Virus record (IMG/VR): IMGVR_UViG_3300033067_001218 | Span: 1-41,040 of that record | DNA length: 41,040 nucleotides | From: a virus | Lineage: Duplodnaviria; Caudoviricetes | Reading direction: 5' to 3' (one strand) | Shown: positions 34,433 through 41,040 of the stretch, in pieces | How positions within the stretch are numbered: the stretch's first letter is position 1 | Layout of the letters: every line of letters begins with the position of its first letter | The notes under the pieces: generated by a model | The model's database searches: none | Told to the model about the DNA's origin: nothing | Seen by the model: the letters and a program-made list of their open reading frames with translations, nothing else | Position numbers and translations under genes: made by a program

Positions 34433-35881
34433 TTAGGTTTTTTTTTTATCTAACATGGCTTGTAAACTCTCTAATGTTGCCTGTAATCCTGTATTATCTT
34501 TTGGCTCATTAAGTACTGAACGTCCAAATGAATCAGTGTGATACGTTGGAGCTGCATTGTCAGCTATAGTATTCTGTAAAGCACCGATAGCCTTATACAA
34601 CGCTATTTCTTCTTTATCTCCCGGAGTAGCTGTACCACTATCAATTCTTTTCTGTAGTAAAGAAACTCGTGCTTGATTATTTAAGTTCGTAGTAAGAATT
34701 TTGTTCTCATTGCTCGCAGCAGCAATCGCTTCTCTTGAAGAGTTAGCGTTATTTGCAATCAGCTCATTAGAACGTATTCTGTCTTGCAACTGTGCAACGT
34801 CTGAAGCATTATTTAGGTTTGTCGTAGTTATCTTTGTAGCGTTTGTATTCTGATTGTTTGTTGTAGAAGCAAGGAAATCAAGCTTGTCATTTAACATCTT
34901 TTGCTCGTTCGTGAGGTTAGCTTTTGTTCGATCAAGCGTTGGTTCTCCTCCAAAATAGCCAGTAATTTCAGCGAGTTTTTTTATAGCATCTTGAGTGAGT
35001 CCACCATTATACATACCAGTCAGACCAGCTTCATCCATTGCTTGTTTTAGTTTTGCGCTTTGCCCAGCAACCGTTTCCTTTCCATTATATAGCCCAGTAA
35101 GTCCCGCTTCGGCTATTGCGTTTTCAAACGCTGTCTGTCGTGCAGTATTTTGAGCTACCTTTTCATCGTTGAGTGCTTTTTCAAGGGCGTTTAATCCACT
35201 AATATCAGCATCAGCAAGGTCTTGACTTGCTTGTCTTCCTATTTGTCCTAATGATGTAGTAAGTCTATTATTTTCCGTAACAACTGGAGAAGCTTCTGAA
35301 GTATCTGAGTTCGCACCAAATACACGACCTAAATTACCACGTATAGTACTTTGATTCTGCGCACTTCCAGTACGTGCAGTCTGCTCAAGCTCTTGTTGTC
35401 TTGCTATAATTTTAGCCCTCATTGCATCAATACTTTTCTGTATACGTGCTTGAGTATCTTCTAAACCAGAACTAGACGTGCTTTTATAGGGATCAGATGT
35501 TTGTATCGGATTTCCTTGGTCGTCACGTTCTCCAGTATATGTTGTAGAATTACTAGAATTATTTGTTGTGTTACTAGTGTTGTTATTCGTTGTTGTCTTG
35601 TATAAATCGGACATACCAAGAATATTTTGATTACCCGGAGTGTTATTCATTGTAGGATTATTCCCAGTCATTGCTGCGAAATCAGTACCTTGAGCAGGTT
35701 TATCTATAAAAACTTCTCCGGGATATGACAATCCACCACCAGCTACAGGACGTGTTACTATACCAGTCTTTCCGGCTGCAACATCAGTAGGCAGTACTTG
35801 TTTAGAAGTGGCTGCGTTCTTCTTTACTGTATCAAGAAGTCCTGCTGCTCCCGACATTAATGAATTGAGAAAATTTGCCAT
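34433..35881 (-). CDS. Internal virion / ejection protein
   Basis: 482 aa, N/Q/T/A-rich, with repeated EAGLTGxYNG. Confidence 0.62.
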   Translation of the reverse strand: MANFLNSLMSGAAGLLDTVKKNAATSKQVLPTDVAAGKTGIVTRPVAGGGLSYPGEVFIDKPAQGTDFAAMTGNNPTMNNTPGNQNILGMSDLYKTTTNNNTSNTTNNSSNSTTYTGERDDQGNPIQTSDPYKSTSSSGLEDTQARIQKSIDAMRAKIIARQQELEQTARTGSAQNQSTIRGNLGRVFGANSDTSEASPVVTENNRLTTSLGQIGRQASQDLADADISGLNALEKALNDEKVAQNTARQTAFENAIAEAGLTGLYNGKETVAGQSAKLKQAMDEAGLTGMYNGGLTQDAIKKLAEITGYFGGEPTLDRTKANLTNEQKMLNDKLDFLASTTNNQNTNATKITTTNLNNASDVAQLQDRIRSNELIANNANSSREAIAAASNENKILTTNLNNQARVSLLQKRIDSGTATPGDKEEIALYKAIGALQNTIADNAAPTYHTDSFGRSVLNEPKDNTGLQATLESLQAMLDKKKT

Positions 35882-35892
35882 AAAGAAAGTTA

Positions 35893-37467
35893 TTATATTG
35901 CTTCAAATGCTTCGATAATCATATCTGCATTGATTGATGATCCAGATACAGTCCACGCAAGAGTGAAGTTATTACTACTCACACCACCTACCGCTACCAT
36001 AGAACCAGAGCCAGACGTTTGTCGTATATGCGCACATTGTGTTGTTGAAGGAGGATTCGTTAAGTTAGCGTTATTTGAAATCATTCCCTGTGTTCCTGAT
36101 AATACATCATAGAATCCCATACATACTCCACTCTGCTCTGTAGCATCTCCTTCTCTTCTATGGGTAGATACCTTTACGTATTTCATTGGAAATCCAACAG
36201 TGACTGTTTGTGTCCCGTTTCCTGATCCTGAAGCGTATGTAGCAGTTTGTGCGATAAGACGAGGTATACGTTGCTTCTTAATAAGAAGTACGTTTGTTTG
36301 TACTGCATATCCTGCAACAACCGGAACAATACTCGCACTGTTATTTACCGGTGCAGTAGCAGTTAATGATCCAGCAGTACCAGAAATATAGTACGTAGAA
36401 CCGGCAGTAAATGTACCAGAAATGATACCAGCTTGTTGTATAAAGATAGGCTGTCCAACTGTTGCACTTGTACTCGCAAATCCAAAAAACTCTGCTCGTG
36501 CAATAGTAGTATTATCTGATTTATATACGCTACCATCTGTATGCCAGAAGACAGACTGACCTGCTGTAATCGTCTCACCGGCAGTAGCTAAACGAGATAA
36601 GTCTTTATCACACTCAAATAATCCAGCTCCTGTACTAAGATAGAAGGTAGCAGCCTCAGCAAGTGATAATGTAAGCAGTCCTGTTCCTCTATGTGTAATT
36701 GTTGCTGTTGCGTTCACTCCAGTACTTGCTCTTGCAATAATAAAGTCACCACTTGTATTTGTATCGTTTCCATGAAGAGAAAGTGTAGCGGCTCTATTTC
36801 CAGATCCAAGTGAGCCTATTTTTACTTGTCCAGTTGCGTTTGTACTTGTTGAATCTAATAGTCTTGTATCATTATCTCCTACTGCAATTGGAGCTGTTGC
36901 AGAAACTGGAGCTACACTTAACTTAGTCGCTCCTTTTACAGACGTGCTTGCGTCAGATACAGATCCTAATGGGGCAACTGTCCACGTACTTCCGTCTGAA
37001 TAATAGAAAGCTAGCGCATCTGTCGCAAAGTATAGTTTCGTACTATTTGAAGCAGCGGATGGTATTGCAGATAATAATCCAGTTCCAGCACTTCCGTGTG
37101 CAGCTACAAGATCCTCATGTGTATTAAACGCATCGATGACCCGTTGTAGCCAATTATAATCATCCGAAATAATAACCGTATCTCCTACGTTATGTGCTTT
37201 TTGATTTCCAGAAACATTAGTATCAGAACCGTATTCTTGTAGTCCTCTAATTGATATTCCTAATGTATACTCCGTTGTTGTCCCTGTTTTTGTAGTGAAC
37301 TTCATAGACTCTGCCTTAGAGTTCGAAGGATTTACTACAATATACCCTTCAGTAATTGAAAGTGTTTTTGATGACTGTAAGTATAAACTTCCACTAGCGG
37401 TAGCATTAAACTCTCTCGTAAGAGTACCTGAGAAACGAGTTTGCTGTTTTGGAATAGTTGTGGACAT
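35893..37467 (-). CDS. Tail fibre/spike protein
   Basis: DASTSVKGATKLS fibre motif, AGETITAGQSV domain, T/S/G-rich; ATG at 37467. Confidence 0.75.
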   Translation of the reverse strand: MSTTIPKQQTRFSGTLTREFNATASGSLYLQSSKTLSITEGYIVVNPSNSKAESMKFTTKTGTTTEYTLGISIRGLQEYGSDTNVSGNQKAHNVGDTVIISDDYNWLQRVIDAFNTHEDLVAAHGSAGTGLLSAIPSAASNSTKLYFATDALAFYYSDGSTWTVAPLGSVSDASTSVKGATKLSVAPVSATAPIAVGDNDTRLLDSTSTNATGQVKIGSLGSGNRAATLSLHGNDTNTSGDFIIARASTGVNATATITHRGTGLLTLSLAEAATFYLSTGAGLFECDKDLSRLATAGETITAGQSVFWHTDGSVYKSDNTTIARAEFFGFASTSATVGQPIFIQQAGIISGTFTAGSTYYISGTAGSLTATAPVNNSASIVPVVAGYAVQTNVLLIKKQRIPRLIAQTATYASGSGNGTQTVTVGFPMKYVKVSTHRREGDATEQSGVCMGFYDVLSGTQGMISNNANLTNPPSTTQCAHIRQTSGSGSMVAVGGVSSNNFTLAWTVSGSSINADMIIEAFEAI

Positions 37468-37508
37468 CGATAGGCAATATAACAAGATAGGTTGGTCGTT
37501 GTCCTATG

Positions 37509-39110
37509 CTATATTTTTCTTATTGAAGGTGGTTCTTCAGTTACTACTCGTACATTTATTGGTTCCATACTTCGTATACTAAACCGTCCAATTCCGGTAT
37601 TTGTAGATATTTTAATTTGCATTCCTTGGAATTTTTGTGCCTTCACTCGTACCCATACAGAGAAGACCCTGTCAGACTCTTGAGAAATTCCTCCTAGTTG
37701 CTGTTCTCCAAGCGGGTCAGTTCCGAGCATACCCATTGATCCTGAACTTATTATATAGTCAGTATTAGAACCGTCTATAGTTTTTTCAATAGAGTTTTGA
37801 TTGTCGTTAAACTCTAGACGTACCGTAGCTCGTACTTGCTCATCAATAGTTCCTTGTATATGCAGATAATCCATATCTTTCTGCGCAGCAGGATCTCCGA
37901 AGTACTCTAGTTTAAAATTATGGAACGCAGAGATAATAGACCCATTATCTCCGTTAGAATCAAAAGCTTTGTACACCATTGGCGCTATTGCGCTTCCAAA
38001 GTAAAGAGAGCCATCATACTCCATCCAGCAGTTTACAAACCATCCTGTGATGAAATAAATAGACTTTGTTTCTAAGTCTTCTACGATAACAATATCATTA
38101 CATGGAGAACTAGAACTTTTCTTACATGCGATAAGTACAAGCCTACGAAAATAGACTCCTCTTGCTGTACTAAAATCAAATTCTTCTTGCATCTTATTCA
38201 TGATTTTGTCACTCACTCCACTCACAAATACTCCCGGATACGTAGATCGTTGCCCAAGCTGTGCTATCTGTTTATCTACAGGATCTACAAATACGATTGC
38301 ATTACCTATTTCTATCGTACTTTGATCGGTAGCAGCACCAACAGATCGTCCTACGTTATCTAACGCAAACAACACAGCTCCAGTGCCGGTACCATCGTCT
38401 ATATACTTGGTAGTGAATACTTGATTCTTACTATATACATATAAGTTATCTAATACAGCCAACGCCGTTAGCGGCTCTCCACCTTCTTTTACTCTTGTTG
38501 TACCGGAGTTCTCTAATACCGTACCTCCTGTATAGTTAAACGTATATATATCAGCAGCCGTTCCTCCATCTGTTTTACTACGATGAAGTAGTGTGGGTGT
38601 TCCGTAGTCAACTGCAAACATCTTTCTATCTTTAAATGAAAATACGTTCGTTCTAAACGTGCTAGCTGCTACGTTTGTGAGTACAATTGTTGTATTCGTG
38701 GTACCATCGTATTTCCACATATTATCAATACCATTACACATATACAACTTATCATCGTATATCTCTGCTCCATAAATACCAGTAGCACTTTGCCCACTTA
38801 CTGTAGTAGGGAGATTTGTAACAGCTCCAGTAGTCATATTAAGCTTCTTTATAACTCCATCATATGCAACTACTACTTCTTTTGTACCATCTGATTTTTT
38901 GAAGTTCTTTAACATGGTCACTGCTTTCGTAGGAGATGTGGCTGACTCATCCATGAGCTTCGTACATCCAAATCTACGCACTAAATTACCAGTTCCATTT
39001 ACTATAAAATTAGCAGAATCCTCTGCTTCATTAATTTTTAGCTTTGATTTATCTGAAGATGATCGCACTCCACCGGTGAAATCTTCAAATACTAGGTTTT
39101 TATTAGCCAT
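37509..39110 (-). CDS. Tail tubular B / nozzle (P22 gp10-like) protein
   Basis: ~533 aa, beta-propeller-like, FTGG near the N-terminus, follows the adaptor; ATG at 39110. Confidence 0.7.
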   Translation of the reverse strand: MANKNLVFEDFTGGVRSSSDKSKLKINEAEDSANFIVNGTGNLVRRFGCTKLMDESATSPTKAVTMLKNFKKSDGTKEVVVAYDGVIKKLNMTTGAVTNLPTTVSGQSATGIYGAEIYDDKLYMCNGIDNMWKYDGTTNTTIVLTNVAASTFRTNVFSFKDRKMFAVDYGTPTLLHRSKTDGGTAADIYTFNYTGGTVLENSGTTRVKEGGEPLTALAVLDNLYVYSKNQVFTTKYIDDGTGTGAVLFALDNVGRSVGAATDQSTIEIGNAIVFVDPVDKQIAQLGQRSTYPGVFVSGVSDKIMNKMQEEFDFSTARGVYFRRLVLIACKKSSSSPCNDIVIVEDLETKSIYFITGWFVNCWMEYDGSLYFGSAIAPMVYKAFDSNGDNGSIISAFHNFKLEYFGDPAAQKDMDYLHIQGTIDEQVRATVRLEFNDNQNSIEKTIDGSNTDYIISSGSMGMLGTDPLGEQQLGGISQESDRVFSVWVRVKAQKFQGMQIKISTNTGIGRFSIRSMEPINVRVVTEEPPSIRKI

Positions 39111-39732
39111 AACACATACTTCCATTAGTAAGTAATTGCGTCTCAGATTCATACATATTATTTGTACGAAGGTTCTGCATAGCTACGTTCGCTTTATTTG
39201 CAAAGTATAATGCTCTATTCTCGACGTGTTCAGACTCATATACAAACTGTAGTACTTTATTTATAAAATACCCATTACATGTATATGGTAGGTCAATTAT
39301 GTCCGTACTTAACGAAACCTTTGGTATATAAGCAAAATATATAATCTGTATTGTAGCTTGTACAACACGAATAAAACGTATTCCTTGTCCAGATCCATTT
39401 GGATTTGGCTCTACTTTATAATCACGATTCATTACAAGAGGACTATCTAAACAGTACCGATCATAAATACGTACTTCACTTATATGGTCTAAGTCAAGCG
39501 CAGGTATGAGTGTAGAGAACAAGTAGAACGTACCAGTTCCTTCTGTATCAACATCGTATGTTACTGATTTCTTTTTGAATACAAAATCATCATCCAAATT
39601 CAGCTCATCGATAGCATTGTTTAAATATGCCAATATCTTTGTAGCGTCTAAATAATCATCGTTATTTTCGTTACGAAGGTTATTTATATTTGTTTCTAAT
39701 CCTGCTACCGTGAGTGTATTTAAGTCTGGCAT
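39103..39732 (-). CDS. Head-tail adaptor / tail tubular A-like protein
   Basis: 209 aa, ILAYLNNAIDEL motif, upstream of the nozzle gene. Confidence 0.65.
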   Translation of the reverse strand: MPDLNTLTVAGLETNINNLRNENNDDYLDATKILAYLNNAIDELNLDDDFVFKKKSVTYDVDTEGTGTFYLFSTLIPALDLDHISEVRIYDRYCLDSPLVMNRDYKVEPNPNGSGQGIRFIRVVQATIQIIYFAYIPKVSLSTDIIDLPYTCNGYFINKVLQFVYESEHVENRALYFANKANVAMQNLRTNNMYESETQLLTNGSMCYG

Positions 39733-39756
39733 AGTATAAACGCTACAATATAAATA

Positions 39757-40044
39757 TTATTTTTTTAACTTGATTACCTCTACGCCTTGAACGTCTTCTT
39801 CTGAACATTGTTCATAGCAAAGCAATCCGTTATTGGGAGAAAGAGTTATCTTTACAGTGATAATAATTGGTACTTCTTTAAAAACAGGATTATTGTTTTT
39901 ATCAACTTTTGGGGTGCCATCTACTTCCATTTCTTGTATACGATTAACTGTATTAGAGTCTATCTCTTTATACATAACCGTTCCCCAATTAGTCGGATCT
40001 TCTGAGAATGAAACGTAGTCTTGTAATGTCATAGAAAATATCAC
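39757..40044 (-). CDS. Hypothetical protein
   Basis: 95 aa ORF. Confidence 0.65.
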   Translation of the reverse strand: MIFSMTLQDYVSFSEDPTNWGTVMYKEIDSNTVNRIQEMEVDGTPKVDKNNNPVFKEVPIIITVKITLSPNNGLLCYEQCSEEDVQGVEVIKLKK

Positions 40045-40058
40045 TTATAGTATAAATA

Positions 40059-40529
40059 TTATTTTTGTATCATAGGTAATAAACCTGATACGTGTGCGGG
40101 ACTGATTTCTTTTGGTAAATCATCCTTAGAAATTGTAAGTAATTCTATCGTTATTTCTTCCTCTAGTAATGCACGTGCTTTTTCCTCGAATGCATCATAT
40201 TCTTTCTTTTCCTCAGAGAAAGTAACATATACCTCATCTAGCGCATGTTTAAACTCCTTCATTTCATCTTCTAGTATTTTGAATGTTCCGTTTTTTTGTA
40301 TTGGTTTACCCTTCTCATCTTTTTCACAGTAGGAATGTATCACCGCCAATTCAGCATCATCATACTCTTTATGTATTACCTTCCCTTTATATACAGCCTC
40401 TAGTGCTTTTATTTCTTTCTCAAGTGTATGTAGGTTCATAGCTACTGCATAAGAGAAGGTAGGACTTCCTATAAGTGATTGCACAGACTTTAATGCTGCG
40501 AATAACTCTATGTATTGCTTTCTTGTCAT
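40059..40529 (-). CDS. Hypothetical helical protein
   Basis: 156 aa ORF, FSYAVAMNL...YCEKDEKG. Confidence 0.72.
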   Translation of the reverse strand: MTRKQYIELFAALKSVQSLIGSPTFSYAVAMNLHTLEKEIKALEAVYKGKVIHKEYDDAELAVIHSYCEKDEKGKPIQKNGTFKILEDEMKEFKHALDEVYVTFSEEKKEYDAFEEKARALLEEEITIELLTISKDDLPKEISPAHVSGLLPMIQK

Positions 40530-40552
40530 TGGATAAATGTAAATAGTAAAAT

Positions 40553-40792
40553 TTATACTGTTTTTTCTAGATCTTCATACGTGGCAACATACTCCTTTGC
40601 TTCTGCTAATTGCTTTGTAATATCTTCCTTTCGCAAGATAATTGCTGTGTATTGGAAGATATGATCTTCTAGTACTGGCTCAAACGCCATTGCATCACGT
40701 ACGTCTACCTGTTCAATTACTTTTTCGTTTATCTCGAGAACGCCGTTGTTCCCGTTTTCTTTGATAAAATTGATAATGTCTAAATGTGTCAT
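40553..40792 (-). CDS. Hypothetical protein downstream of the fibre (allele B)
   Basis: 79 aa; differences from copy 1-195 are almost all synonymous, which supports coding status. Confidence 0.85.
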   Translation of the reverse strand: MTHLDIINFIKENGNNGVLEINEKVIEQVDVRDAMAFEPVLEDHIFQYTAIILRKEDITKQLAEAKEYVATYEDLEKTV

Positions 40793-40819
40793 TTTTTTAG
40801 TATAAAAAGAAATAAATAA

Positions 40820-41040
40820 TTATACGTTACTTGCAAGCAGGTAGTACGTTGTACCACCAATCACCATAGTAACCTTATGTGTACTTGCCACTGCAGCTCC
40901 TGCCGCAACCGTGTTATTGATTGCGATTGCACCAGTAAACGTAGCAGTTCCCACATTATTAAGAGACAGTCTTACTACTGGCCCCGGCACGCCTGCTTGA
41001 GTAGTAAGAAACTCTAAGCGCCCACCAACATCTCCCGTAG
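40820..41040 (-). CDS. Partial tail fibre, alternative C-terminus (allele B)
   Basis: Reads ...RLSLNNVGTATF-TGAIAINNTVAAGAAVASTHKVTMVIGGTTYYLLASNV*; shares its upstream part with 393-497. Confidence 0.85.
   Translation of the reverse strand, partial: TGDVGGRLEFLTTQAGVPGPVVRLSLNNVGTATFTGAIAINNTVAAGAAVASTHKVTMVIGGTTYYLLASNV

Noticed and set aside
1-41040. Stop-codon reassignment (code 15 or 25)
   Set aside because: Genes are intact and tightly packed under code 11, and TAA, TAG and TGA all terminate credible genes

Overview
The window looks like an essentially complete ~40.6 kb, AT-rich tailed-phage genome with podovirus-type organisation and no tape-measure gene. Its two ends overlap as divergent alleles of one fibre-tip locus. 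The minus strand carries the virion genes (TerS, intein-containing TerL, portal, scaffold, major capsid, fibres, tail tubular/adaptor-like and ejection-like proteins), two CHAP proteins and holin-like genes. It also carries a recombination block (RNase HI, Bet/RecT, PD-(D/E)XK exonuclease, RusA) and a modification block (multi-domain GT2, 2OG-Fe(II) oxygenase, two methyltransferases). Two plus-strand cassettes of small accessory genes include an Acb2/Tad1-like sponge and three non-canonical tRNA-like genes. I recognise no integrase, polymerase, primase, helicase or initiator. The most notable observations are: (1) a TerL intein whose HNH endonuclease is encoded in a different reading frame fully nested inside the still-open intein frame; (2) a ~500 nt highly structured non-coding region directly upstream of RNase HI, a candidate RNA-primed origin; (3) tRNA-Leu-like RNAs lacking a normal anticodon arm but carrying huge inserted arms, plus a stand-alone TyrRS-type S4 domain; (4) an ACAACGACCA motif ~25 nt upstream of structural genes, with its complement displayed in a hairpin loop; (5) swapped fibre C-termini at the contig ends. 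All family calls are from motif recognition by eye; no searches or folding programs were run.
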